Below are positions 26,244 to 38,808 of a stretch of 64,000 nucleotides of DNA, piece after piece. This DNA comes from Eledone cirrhosa (Eukaryota). Made by a program: the position numbers and the translations under genes. Each line of letters begins with the position of its first letter. The stretch's first letter is position 1. The notes under the pieces are model-generated. The model searched no databases. It worked only from the letters and a program-made list of their open reading frames with translations, and had not been told where the DNA came from. The stretch covers positions 175,894,001 through 175,958,000 of the forward strand of contig OZ024741.1 of the NCBI GenBank assembly GCA_964016885.1, in the 5' to 3' direction.

Positions 26244-27160
26244 ACAATGTGAAACACACAGACTAAGCAACTTTATAGACATACTACTAAAACTAATTCT
26301 CAAACACATACCAAGCCTTGTAAGAGACAATCTGGACCTCTTAAATCACCTCACCAAACATGTCAGCAACGACACTATTATTGTGTCTTTCGATGTAGTG
26401 AATCTCTACACAACGATCCCACACAAATACGGAGTAGAAGCAACAGTATTCTGGCTAGAGAAATATCCCAATGAGATATTTGACAGAATAGAAAAAAGCT
26501 TCGTCACCGAGGGATTAAAAATTTATTTTACAGAACAACTTTTTTGATTTCGATGGTAGTACTTACAAGCAAATATCGGGAACTGCGATGGGTACAAAAG
26601 TCGCTCCAACTTATGCCAACTTAGTCATGGCATACTTGGAAGTCCAGATATATGAACAGTCCAAATCAAAATACGGATTCAACTTCCACAAACATTTATC
26701 AGAGAACTGGAAACGCTACTTGGATGATTGTCTCATGCTTTGGTCTCACACACTCGACCAACTAAATTATTTAAAAAATTTAATTAACGGCATCAATAAC
26801 CTCATCTAATTCACAATGGAATACAACCAAGATCCACTCCCGTTTCTGGACAGCTTAATCTTAAAAAAAGACACAAATATTGAAACTGACATAACTACAA
26901 ACCAACATGCAATGAAGATTATATAGGAAAAACTAAACTCACACTCAGAAACAGAATGACAGTTCATCGCCAACAATTATGAGATCCAACCACGAGACAG
27001 ATACCACTAAATGCACATCTAGGCATATGCGCAAGTAATACGACACCCAAATTCCAATCTTCCCATTTTATCTTTGCGCTGACAATACAACAGAACAAAT
27101 ACGAATAAATAAGGAAAATAAGTTTATTCAAAAATATAGACCAGCATTAAATATAGTTTA
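26244..27160 (+). pseudogene. PLE reverse transcriptase plus GIY-YIG endonuclease, frameshifted and internally deleted
   Basis: Motifs VSFDVVNLYTTIPH, QISGTAMGTKVAPTYANLVM, WKRYLDDC and FTMEYNQDPLPFLD, then a jump to CNEDYIGKT..LRNRMTVHRQQ..FIQKYRPALN. Confidence 0.92.
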
Positions 27161-28122
27161 ATATACATTATGTCAACACCATAACATGCTAACCATCCAA
27201 ACAGACACATACATACACACACACATAACACCTTCTACTTTAGAAAATAAAAACCAGAACTAAATAAACCTTAACATACGTTAATACTCTAGCACCTTAA
27301 CATGAACCCCTCCCCCCCCACACACACATAACTCCCCCCCCATTTCTACTAACGGAATCATTTTCCTACACACACACACAACATATATATATTCTCTCCA
27401 TCTTAGTATGCTAACCATACTCCCACACACACATACACACACATAACACCCATATACACACACACAACTCCCTCCCCCATTTCTACTAATAGAATCATCT
27501 TCCTACACAGACATACACACAAGCCCACAATAAACATACATATCTCTACTTTCTTTATTTCAATAGAAAGTCTGAATTCTGACACCCCAGCGCACCAGCC
27601 ATATTCACTGAACCAGAACAATTCTCCCCATCCCGTTTTTTTTATCATTATCTTTTGTTTGGCACAAAATTCTCTAAAAGGCTACAAAATAAATTCCAAA
27701 ATACGGGCGCGAAATTTAATGTACTTGTTCACGTGACAGTCATAATTTCATTTATAACCAATCAAATTACATTTATTTTAAAAAAAGCATTCGTGAGCCA
27801 CTTTTTTTTAAGTAAAAAGAAATTCAAACACAAACTGGCGCCAAAGCTGATGTGCTTATTCACGTGACTGCATCAACCAAGCAAACTTCGCTCATATATG
27901 AAAAAACAACCTGAGCCCCCCCCCCCTTTTGTTTGAAGGCAAATATAATGGGAGCTTTGTAACGCGAACTGGCGCGAAATGTATTATACTTATTCACCAA
28001 CCAACCAAATTACTTCTCTAAAAACCTAGCATTTCGAGCCACTTTTTTCCATAAAAAACAAAAGTAACATTCAAAGACCAACCAGATGTGAGAAAAAGCA
28101 CAAACCCTCCATCTCAATTCTA

Positions 28123-28158
28123 CTTTTGAAAAGCAGAAGAACAGCGAAACCGGTAAAG
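28123..28158 (+). ncRNA. Minimal hammerhead (family D), U3-A8 core
   Basis: ctt-TTGAAAA-gcag-aagaa-cagc-GAAA-ccgg-TA-aag. Stem III is the palindrome ACCGGT. Confidence 0.75.
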
Positions 28159-28370
28159 GAAGCAAATAAATATATATTTCATCTTTTTTCCCTATACTTT
28201 CACTCGGTTTTTTCATTTTGTAAAAAAACCTCACTTTCTAATATATATATATATATATATAGTAATAATAATAAAATTGAAGACTAAAATCCAAAGAGGG
28301 CTCGATAAGGAAAATATATATCAAATATATAAAAACCGTAGAGCAAATATTTATTAAAATAACAGATTAA

Positions 28371-28421
28371 AGTTTAAGCAAAGAATCGCTGCTTTCACCC
28401 TTAACGGGATCTTCTGAAACT
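28371..28421 (-). ncRNA. Hammerhead-like fold with CAGAAGA (U4A) core (family E)
   Basis: agttt-CAGAAGA-tccc-gttaa-gggt-GAA-agca-gcgattctt-tgct-T-aaact. Confidence 0.6.
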
Positions 28422-28931
28422 AACAAAGTCAATCTGTAAACGCAGAACTGGATATTTCAAAAAACGTTGCAACCGGAGGAAGACAGGAAGACGATACTTT
28501 GGTTCGCGGAAACGTTCGCTGGCAAAGAACGGGAAAAAACGAATAATACGTCATTAATAGGAGCAGTGAAAAACAATTACGCGCAAAGACAGAAACTTCT
28601 GCTATACCATTTACGTGGTTTTGTCTTTGCGTGCTATTGTTCTCCACGCTCCACATATGACGTATTATCTTCGTTTTTTCGTTCATTGCCAGAGAACGTC
28701 TCTATGCACCACCTAAGAGATCAGTAGTCTACGACTTCTTTTATACCATAAACGTGGTTCTGTCTTTGCGTGTAATTGTTTTTCACCGCTCCTATTAATG
28801 ACGTATTATTCGTTTTTTCCCGTTCTTTGCCAGCGAACGTTTCCACGAACCAAAGTATCGTCTTCCTGTCTTCCCCCCGGCTGCAACGTTTTTTGAAATA
28901 TCCAGTTCTGCGTTTACAGATTGACTTTGTT

Positions 28932-28982
28932 AGTTTCAGAAGATCCCGTTAAGGGTGAAAGCAGCGATTCTTTGCTTAGACT
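28932..28982 (+). ncRNA. Hammerhead-like fold with CAGAAGA core (family E)
   Basis: Opposite arm of the same palindrome, with stem I agttt/agact. Confidence 0.6.
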
Positions 28983-28998
28983 TTAATCTGTTATTTTA

Positions 28999-29050
<52 letters not shown>

Positions 29051-29054
29051 ATCT

Positions 29055-29652
29055 TAGTAATTCCCCATTTATTGCGCGTGCGATACGTTCCAGAACCAAA
29101 CGCGATAAATGAAAATAAAAGAGAATCCATAAAGACAACCGTTGTTTTCCAACTTTAACCTTAAAATACCTCTCCTACACGTTTTAAGTACATATAAATT
29201 CAGTAAAACGCACTTTTGTATTTAAACATAAAAAAACAGCCAATAACAATCATATAGAAACTACCACCAACGATCGTACCACTAATTACCATTGACGACC
29301 ATTACCAGCCACGTTAGCTGCTTGGTAATACACTGGATGTCTTCCGTCAATCTGTGAAGGGTTTGAAGTAGATTAGAGAAAAACACAGTAATTGAATGAA
29401 AAATAAAAACATTTTTTCATAGATAGAACCTTAAGATGCCCTTTCCTTACGCTATACACTGCAATCACATCGAAACTTATTTAGTAAATTTACATTTTAA
29501 ACACTTTTTATTCAGACGTACGTACCGCGATAAGAAAATAGATATGTTCTAATTAATAATCCGCGATGTTACGAGGATTACCGCGATAGGAAATTAGATA
29601 CATTCCCCAGAAAAATTTCAAAAGTGAACCACGATTTAGCGGGAGGTTACTG
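29055..29652. mobile_element. Tigger/pogo-like non-autonomous DNA transposon
   Basis: Imperfect TIRs 'agtaattccccatttattgcg' and 'cacgatttagcgggaggttactg|ta', with internal 'ccgcgat' repeats. Confidence 0.6.
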
Positions 29653-30809
29653 TATTTTCATTAATAACTGTTATGTTATATGATTGACTCAATTGGTTAG
29701 AATTGCTACACCATATATTGAATGAATGTAAGTAAAGTAACAGGAATTACAACTTTGACTAGGACACATCCCTGTTAAACACCATAAATCACCATTAAAA
29801 GCATACTTCCATATTACACTTCAAAATCATTAGTTTGGAGCTAATGTATATTGTACACTATTTATGAAGATTGCCACTCTGAATTATATAATATCTAAAC
29901 AATTGTTTGTGCCAACAAAGGTCTAATTTTCTATATTTCCTTAGTGATCCCTTCATCACCACTTCAGCAAGTACAATGAAATCTATGCTTCCCTCATATG
30001 GTCAAAATAGGACAAAACTATGTTTGAGATTGTCTCATGTTTCATGAGAAAATGCCAAGAATAGGTTTTTCCTCGCCATGTTTGACTATAAAAATATAAA
30101 ATTTTGGAACATTTTTCCCGAAAATAAGGAAATTGGGTTTCGTCTTTTTGAGGCAGGCACACCACATTCAAAATTAATGAATAAAAAATTCCAGAAATCT
30201 ACAGCTCACTTATGTAGGGTAAGCTTATTTCTTACGACGTTGTATTCATGGGCGTTTTTTTGTGTTTAATGATAAAGGCCCCTATTCTATCGTGGAAAGC
30301 AACTTAAAATAAAGCGTTTTGTTCAAGATTACAACGTGTTATGCGGGCCAGGTATTGAACCAACGACATAATGGTTGTACATCTATGGCCCTAACCACTA
30401 GAATTTAAACAAATAAGATTTTAAGATGGTTGTATATTGACAATACGTGACAATACGTGACTTGTACACATTGGCAACATCATTTATATAATGGCATTAA
30501 CACCTATGTGAAAATAATCTTGTTTTATTCAATGTTTGAAATAAAGCAATGAAAAGCCGGAGCAAAAAAAACAACATTAAATCACTAAATTTTTTTCGTA
30601 AAATGAACAGACTTTTAAAAAGTTAAAATAAAAATGCAAGACAGTATTTTGTTAATTTAATCAGAAAGAAAAAATAATTTAAATAAGTTTTGTAGAAAAA
30701 ATTCCTTTCTGCATTTTCTTTCAAGATGCATTTTTAAATCAAAATTTAATTTCTCCCTTCAATTGCGTAACATTTTCCACTCCACGTCATCATTATTATT
30801 ATTATTATT

Positions 30810-32800
30810 GTTCTTTGAGTCTCAGTCATTGATGTTAGTTAACTGGAAAGTTTGTTGAAATGAATATCAAGCCACTACCTGCAGCCTCAGATATTCAGGA
30901 CGTATCGGAGGGTTCTTGTTTTTCACAGCAAGCATGCCTTTTGAAGTGTTCCAAAAAGCGGGGCCAATTTTCTTTAACCATCCCTGGAAACTTTTTGAGA
31001 TAGTACCTAGTACTCCTATGACAATCGGGACCACTTTGACTTCATGGCAGTTCCAAATCCTGTTTAGCTCCCACTTTAAGTCCTGGTATCGGTTAATTTT
31101 CTCCCTCTCCTTCTCTTGCATTCTCGTGTCGAATGGGCAGGTCACATCCACAATCAGGCACGATCTTTTTTCCTTGTCCAAAACCACCAGGTCAGGTCTA
31201 TTGTGTTCCAATTTCTTGTCCGTCTGTATCCTAAAATCCCACAAACCTTCACCTGATCGTTTTCTATCACCGACTCTGGCTTATGCTCATACCACTTCTC
31301 AGAATGTGGTAAATTGTTTATTTTGCATAGATGCCAGTGGATCACACTGCCCATCACATCATGTCTCCACCCAGTATAGTAAGTCTGTGCTAGGTGTTTA
31401 CACTCGGATACAATGTGAGCCACAGTCTCCTCTCTCCACAGATCCTGCACAGGGGGCTAGCCTCCTCCTTGTAAATATGGTGTTTCAACCACTTCGTTTT
31501 GAAGGCCTGCTCTTGCGCAGCCATTAGCATTCCTTCTGTAGCCTTTTTAAGGTCTCCTCATTTCAACCAGTTCCATGTCTGTGGATCTCTAAATTCAGTT
31601 TACTCAAAGAAGGTACTATGATGGGATTTTTCATGAAGGCTGCTCTTTCTTCTTGTTGTTATTTCCTCCTTGGACATCCCCTGGTCTATTGTCCTCTCCT
31701 TCAGTACAATTCTGAGCATTGGCTCCTTACTATCAGTCACGTATTTGTGTAGGTTGTTTTTCTCCATCTGAACACAGTCCTCTATGCTGATAAGACCTCT
31801 TCCACCTTCAGATCTCCTTAAGTAGAGTCTATCGACATCACTCCTCTTGTGGAACATGTTGTAGATAGTCAATAGCTTCCTAGTCTTCCTATCCATTTCT
31901 TTTTGTTCAGCAACATTCCATCTCAGAATTCCCGCACTGTACCTAATAATAGACACAGCTCGGGAATTTACTACACTTATGGCCTTCCTACTGTTCAGGT
32001 GTGACTTTAATACGCTCCTTACTCTCCGAATGTATTCAGATCTTATCAATTCCTTCATTTTTTTGTTCTAGATGTCATCAGCCTCCAGACCACCCAAATA
32101 CTTGTATCCTTCTTCAGTGTCAATTTCCTTTATCATCTCACCTGTTGGTACCTGGATTCCGTTGCTTCTGCTCAATTTACCCCTCTTCATCACAAGGACT
32201 CCACACTTACTAATACCAAATTGCATACATATATATTTGGCGAAAATACGGACAGTGTCAACAAGCACATCCAACTCCTTCTCACTCTTCCCGAAGAGCG
32301 TCCATGAAGAGGAGGTGATTGATGGTAAGCTCTCACTTTCCAAACTTGTATCCTACTCTCACTTTTCGCAGTATAATGGTCAGGGGCATCAGAGCAAGGA
32401 CAAACAACAGAGGGGAAAGACTATCTCCCTGGAAGATACCTCTCTTGATCTTCAGGCCTCCCAAGGATTCACCAGCTGATGTTAACTCTGTTTTCCAGGA
32501 CTTCATACTTTTGCCTAACAACTGCCTGATGTTATCTGCCACCTTGAAGATCTCTAGGCTTTTGGTGATCCAATAAATGAGGCACCATGTCAAATCCCTT
32601 TTTGTAGTCTATCCATCCCATGGCAAGACCAGCGTGTCTCCTCTTGCAATTCCTTATTACCATCTTATGAATAAGTAACTGGTCCTTTGTACCACGGGAC
32701 TTCTTTCGGCATCCTTTCTGTTCGTCCGGTAACAAGTTGTTTGTGTGGAGGTGATGGTAGATTTCCTCAGACATAATGCTTGTCAACAGTTTCCACATTA
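30810..32800 (-). mobile_element. Dong/R4-clade non-LTR retrotransposon (RT, CCHC finger, restriction-like endonuclease), 5'-truncated and frameshifted
   Basis: [63 protein letters not shown] and WDFRIQTD..HNRPDLVV..IVDVTCPFD..EKINRYQDL. (TAA)n lies at both ends (30792-30809, 32802-32820). Confidence 0.93.
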
Positions 32801-32824
32801 CATTATTATTATTATTATTAAAAA

Positions 32825-32950
32825 TTACAAACCCTCCATCTCAATTCTACTTTTGAAAAGCACAAGAACTGCGAAACCGGTAATGGACCCAAATAAATAT
32901 AAAAAAAAAAAAGACGCCAGTTGCATTTTGGATTATATCTTTTTACCTTA
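32825..32950 (+). mobile_element. Solo family D pLTR fragment with HHR at 32850-32885
   Basis: Matches 28100-28196: ctt-TTGAAAA-gcac-aagaa-ctgc-GAAA-ccgg-TA-atg. Confidence 0.7.
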
Positions 32951-33068
32951 TACATATATATATACATTATATATATACATAATGTATATATATATACATT
33001 ATGAAGAGAGAAGGAACATTTAGATATAATTAGTAATAAAATGTATCATACCTAAACTGCTCCTAGAT

Positions 33069-33158
33069 TCCTCGACTACGTAGTTTCGTGGCATAAACAA
33101 AAACAGTACATCATAAAGATATAGAGCCTTTGCGAGGTCTGCCGACTTATCAAGAGGA
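33069..33158 (-). ncRNA. Type I hammerhead with U3-A8 core and long stem II
   Basis: Minus strand: tcctc-TTGATAA-gt(c)ggca...tgccac-GAAA-ctacgtag-TC-gagga. Stem III is the palindrome ACTACGTAGT and the triplet is GUC. Confidence 0.82.
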
Positions 33159-33606
33159 TACCTCATTTTATAGCTTCAAGAACGCATCTACACGACGTGA
33201 GAAAGAATCCCAAAAGGCGGAGGGGGAGATAGTCACGCGATATAACGGTCGAGAAACAGAGCTAAGCCTCTTATAACCTCGAAGAAAATACCACGGAGGC
33301 GGAGGGGGTATTTATATCGAAGCCGTAGAAGAGGTGGTAAAGGGGGCGAGAAGTATGAGTAATGGCAGCTTTCCAGCAGTCACTACACTTCAAAGATTAC
33401 TCGACCAGAGGGAGTTATGAACAATATATTTAGAAACACACAGATACATGCGGACACACACATATACATGAATGCATCCACATCCAACCGTGAGTCAATG
33501 GTGCCAACCCTACCGATGTTGCTCAATGAATGACTGGGACAGACCAATCCGATTGAACCAGACTGAACCAGTATCAGAGTGAAAAATACATTACGAAGAG
33601 AGAAGG

Positions 33607-33689
<83 letters not shown>

Positions 33690-34084
33690 GTATATATATG
33701 TATATTTGTATATATATATATATATGTGTGTGTATGTGCGTGTGTGCGTGTGTGTGGATGTGAGTGTGAAAAGTCAATAAGTAAAAACAATATGGAGGAA
33801 CAATAGAGTACGATGGTGATACATAGCAGTTTATCTAAGTATATAGTAGAAATTGTGTTGTAAGCTTTTAACATTAGACTTTCGTCGGAAGATAGAATGA
33901 GAGATAGAATAAATAGAAGATGGATGGGATTATGAAAAGAAAGAAAACGGAGTTTTTTTCGGGGTAGGGGTGGGGGTAGTTAGTTAGCTATTTTGGATAT
34001 ACATGCACATAAATGTGTTTTGCAGATTTTTACTTACAAATTAGTATGTGTGTATGTATATTTGTACTGAAAGCGGAAGCGTTG

Positions 34085-34395
34085 GCTGATAGAGCTTGCA
34101 ATCGTTCAATTCCCGGAACGGCTATATGCGTTGTGTTCTTGATCAATACACGTTATTTCACATTACTCTAGTTTACTCACCTGTAGAAATGAGTTGCGAT
34201 GTCACTGGTGCCAAGCTGTATCGACCGATGTCTTTCACTTGGACAACATCAGTGGCGTAGAGAGGTAAGACCATTTTGTATGGGCGACTGCTGGCTTCTC
34301 ACAAAGTAACTTATCCAGACTTTTGCTTCGAAGGTGAACTTTCTAGCTGCATATTCCATGGTCTATCGTGACCGAAAGGAGTGTTTACCCTTTTC
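34085..34395 (+). mobile_element. Degenerate tRNA/CORE SINE
   Basis: 'gttcaattccc..gcgttgtgttcttgatcaatacacgttatttcac'. The 3' part matches 41640-41757 ('gtgcaaatcccatggtc..gtgaccgaagggg'). Confidence 0.6.
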
Positions 34396-35166
34396 AAGTA
34401 TATTTCTATGTCAATATATGCATTTATGTTTGCATGTGCAGGAATAAAGCTAATGCCCTTCCAAATGTTTAAAAAGAAATCTTCAATTTTTCGATAGGTT
34501 GTTTTTCTTTACGTCCATACATTCTGATTCACTTCGTTCAAATGTTTTGGTCTAGTTACTCGAAATGTACTGGTCAGGTTATTCAAGGGGACTGCATAAA
34601 AGGCTGATGTCTATTTTTTAGTTATTACTATTACGTTTTCAGTGTATTTGTCGATGGTGTTGCCAATTATATGAAAGTTTGAAATCTATCCAATGCTACG
34701 ACAACCAGTAATTATTTTCTATTTCAGTGCTGGTTATGTTGCTCTTCTTTTATAAACCTGTAGAACGCATATGTAGAGAATTGTGAGAATGGTAGTTTTG
34801 TTAGAAACTACATAATCCTGGAACGATCATTATCGAACAGTTGCTTATATAGAACCTCTAAGGAAAATGCAAAGATTGGTTAAAAAGAATCTGGTGCAGG
34901 TTCATATAGGCAGATACCACGGATAGAGGTGTATATGAAAACATACAATATGTTTATGCATAATAAACATACATATGTTTATGCAGTTATCTCAGAAGTC
35001 GTGTGAGAACGCCACACACTGGTTTCTGGATTTTTATCCATCATCGATGACGTTTACTCACACGGCACTGCGATAGTAATAAGCTATAGCTTATATACAT
35101 TTTAGGTATAAAACATCCGCTAAAGATGCTCATTAAATCAGAATTTAAAGCAGACATGTTTGTTTA

Positions 35167-35953
35167 TCTGTATATATATAAAATTAAGTATGTGTGTGTT
35201 TGTGTGTGTCTGTTTATTACATATAGGGGCCTACATATTACGACCGATTTTCAGGAAACTTTACAGGCTCATAGATTGGTCATCAGGGACCGTTTTCTAA
35301 ATATCAGCGCATCGTTTTTTTATTCCGGGGTCATTCTACAGATAAAAATCGACAGGGGGTCACTTTGTTTAGGTATCGAAAAATAAGATTTTTGGCTCTA
35401 GCTCCCCCATTTTGCCCCCGATTTCGTTCAAATTTGAAAGCAAAATAGAATTTATCATTTCACATCCTGTAATGGCTTTATATTTTGTATTTGTTCTTCA
35501 GGGACGGCGTGGCAGCCGCTTAAATATTCAAAAATACCACTTTTAGACTCAAATTTTCACTTTTTCGGCTCTAGCTCCCACATTAATCAACCTACTTTGT
35601 TCAAATTTTACACTACGCTAGATCTGATTATTTCACGTTTTAAGGTGGCTTTAAATTTTAGATTTTTTGTTCAGGTACGGTGTGGCAGCCGCTTAAATAT
35701 TCGAAAATAACACATTTTCGGCTCTAGCTCCCACATTTTTCAACCGATTTCGTTCAAATTCGAAACTCCCTCCCCCAGCATGCGCCTTCGTCAGTCACCC
35801 GCGTTTCTCAGTGATATAGGTCATCATCACCCTCCCCCGCATGGTCTGTGTGTGTCCATATATGTCATAGAGAAGCCGTCGCTAAGATCAACACATTTTC
35901 ATCAAAGCAGATATTATTTTACCTACCCAGGAAACGCTGGGTACTGCTGCTAG
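35167..35953 (+). mobile_element. Non-autonomous Helitron, apparently complete
   Basis: A|TC start, subterminal hairpin acccag-gaaacg-ctgggt, CTAG|T end, no TSD, and internal repeats of 'ggctctagctccc..ttcgttcaaatt'. Confidence 0.75.
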
Positions 35954-37434
35954 TTATATATAAATATATCGAATGTTGCTTCATTTATATCTCTAATAAG
36001 GCGGCGGGATCATTTGGAATTAACTATAAGGCGCAGATTATGGCAATAAATGATTAAAGATTATTGTCAGTAGTGTAAGGCTCAATGGAAAATATTTGTA
36101 AAAAGCACTTCTGTGTGTGAGAAAATTTCATTTTTAGTGCAAATGTACGCGTGTATTTGTGTGTGTATGTTTGTATATACACGCTATGTTTTTCATCATT
36201 AGCAGGTGTCGAAGTATCGAGAAATAAACACACATACGCACATTTGTGATTATAGAGATGTATTTGCAGGTACACCACACACACACACATATATATATAT
36301 ATGCGCGTGTGTGAATGTACTTATATACCTGTGTAAGCATATGTGTAAGATGCTCCATAAGTTATACGGGCCTTTTCTCATGAAACCTGTTTGCATTTAA
36401 ACCGCGCTGTTTGCCTGCATTCATGCATTTGTCAGTAATTATCCTCTTTTAGTCGAAATAAATTAATAAGACGGAACTTCATTCAGTCAAACTACTTTTA
36501 GGCTTCTAAAAGCAGATATGAAAAACAGCTAAAATTTAATCACAGTTGCTTCAGTAGAGTTTGAATCAGTTCAATTGAAGATATATTGCATCGTTTTAAA
36601 AATGAATGAACAAGCGTATGGATTACTAGAATTTATAAAGTATTTCTATGTACATCTTCATATTGATTTTTTCTTCTAGCATTCTCTTCTTTCTTTGAGT
36701 ACCGTATAGTCAAACATCTTTCTCAAGGTGAAGGAGAGACATAGAACATATATAAATTGTATCAATTCCTATATATTATATGCAAGTATGGACCCGTAAG
36801 TCTTGGTGTAGTAGTAAAGAGGTGAAGGTGTATTGATGTGCAGCGATTTTAGAACATTTTTAAAATCCAGATGCGATTTCTTCCATAGGAGGAGAAACAG
36901 TTATAGAGACAAAGTAAAAAAGAGATATAGAAGATGTATCGACACAAATACTGGATTGGTACCTTTTTTGTCGAACACAAAAAGATGAAACGTAAAGTTG
37001 ATCACTGTGGGATTTGAGCTCAGAGCGCAGAGAACCAGAACGATAACCGATAATTCTGAGTATAATGTCAATTCCTACGGGGTTATAAGTCCCAGGCCAT
37101 TTATGATACTTGAAATCCTGAGTGCATTCTTGTGCATTGTGCCCTACGAATTCGTTCAGAGAGGGAGGTAGAGAGGTTTTGTTTTAGAATTATCAAGTCA
37201 GAGAGGATGAAAGGCAAAGTTGATTACAGCGGGATTTGAACTCAGAGCACAAATAGCCGCAAGGAATAATACAATAATACTTCACGTTACACTGCCTGGT
37301 ATATATATAAAGTAAGAAGCGCGGGACTGCATACGGTTTATCATTTTTTATGTCCTTAGTAAAATAAGTTCGATTACTTTGAATAAATAATGAATGAATA
37401 TTAGATAATTTATCTATATATATATATATTTATG

Positions 37435-37662
37435 TTTAATATAAACAAGCTTCTACAGGACTAGAACTGTTTCATTCGTGAGCGATAATTTCTCACGAAT
37501 GAAACAGTTCTAGTCCTGTAGAAGCTTTTCTATATTAAACATATATGAAGCAGGAACGAAATGTTCATATATTATCAATATATATGTTTTTTCTTCTATG
37601 AAAAACTCTGGTATGTATACCTTACTTTCTGTGGTTACTCCCGATCTAACCCGGAATAGCCT
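37435..37662 (+). mobile_element. Family A fold-back element with damaged HHR core
   Basis: Palindrome 37435-37543 with apex ~37478-37496. It retains GAAA-cag-ttctagtc-ctg-TA-gaagc and the family A tail. Confidence 0.8.
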
Positions 37663-37721
37663 ATATATATATATATATATACGATATTAATAAATGGAAA
37701 CTATATTTATAAAACCATATT

Positions 37722-37786
37722 TATTTCATTATACATATTTCAGGGATACCAAATTAAAATATGGTATGCCTTCATCAGACAAAATA
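37722..37786 (-). ncRNA. Type I hammerhead (family F)
   Basis: Inverted copy of 40236-40300. Confidence 0.82.
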
Positions 37787-38565
37787 CAATATATAAACAG
37801 TTTTATGAATAATTTTAACGTGCCCTATTAGATGCAACCATTATTTTTGGAAGCTGTCTGGATAGTGAAATGTCTATTATTTTATTAGTTATAGTGTTAA
37901 GCACAATTAGAAAAAGACGGAGAGAAAGAAAGAAAAGACGGAGAGAGAGAAGGAGAGAGAAAGAAGGAGAGAGAGAAAAAGAAAACCTGGAGAAATATCG
38001 GAGAGAGAGAGAGAGAAATGTATGTAGAAAAGAAAGAGATAAATAGATAGGAGGAAATAAAAAGAAAGAAAAAAGGAAGAAATAATAAAAACAAAAGAAA
38101 GCAACAGAGAGATAATAAGTCATCATACAGATAGAAAAACTCAAGAGAGAGAAAATACTATATAGAGAGAGGGTGAGATAGTGACAACTTTACGTCATGT
38201 CATATTAAGTTGAGTTAACAATTTATCTGAAATGAATAATAAAAATATAAATATCAATATTCATGAATGGGACATAGATATATAATATGAGAAAATAACA
38301 TTGTTCAGTAATGACCATATGTTTAGTTTAAAAACTTGAGATCAATATAGCAAAATCTGAGTTAAATCCTTCAAAAAAGTACCCTATTTATAAAAATCAG
38401 GATACAAATATGTATATATATATATACACACATATGTACGTCCTGAAAATAGAAATTATGTCTACTCAAGCCAATAATATAGACACACTTCTTGTGTTAT
38501 AAAAAGTTCACAGTATATATACATAAATATACGATTAATACTCATGTCCTCATATATACGATTAC

Positions 38566-38808
38566 AACTTCGCTATCTAGCCTACTCTGGCACCTTAAAC
38601 GAGATAATGTTAAATATTCGATGAATTGGAATATTATTTCGTAGGTACTCCTTTTAATTCCTCTTCAGAAAATTGTGATCTTTGTATAGAAGAAATATTC
38701 TTTATATTAAAGTCCAAAAATTCCCTTAATTTAAGGAGCAATTTATTTAGTTGCTGCAGACATAGATTGAACTCAACGTTTAAATATAAATATAAATTTA
38801 AAATGTAG
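38566..38808 (+). pseudogene. PLE GIY-YIG endonuclease C-terminal remnant
   Basis: LSSLLWHLKRDNVKYSMNWNII../PFNSSSENCDLCIEEIFFIL..LNLRSNLFSCCRH, parallel to the 24700-25100 remnant. Confidence 0.8.

Larger units (their letters stand above)
25817..28240 (+). mobile_element. Penelope-like retroelement, 5'-truncated, with inverted pseudo-LTR
   Basis: 25819-26242 is the inverted copy of 27812-28196. The arms enclose the RT/EN remnant, both carry HHR family D, and (TA)n lies on both sides. Confidence 0.88.
28345..29005. mobile_element. Family E fold-back element (~260-290-bp arms)
   Basis: 28345-28600 is the reverse complement of ~28762-29005. (TA)n flanks. Related copies at 41045-41397. Confidence 0.9.

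Noticed and set aside
30916-31527. 203-aa plus-strand ORF (also 32072-32479)
   Set aside because: Antisense shadow of the Dong/R4 coding strand.
33855-33895. Minus-strand CCGACGA..AAAAGCTT hammerhead-like relic
   Set aside because: G12 is missing and stems I and II do not pair convincingly.
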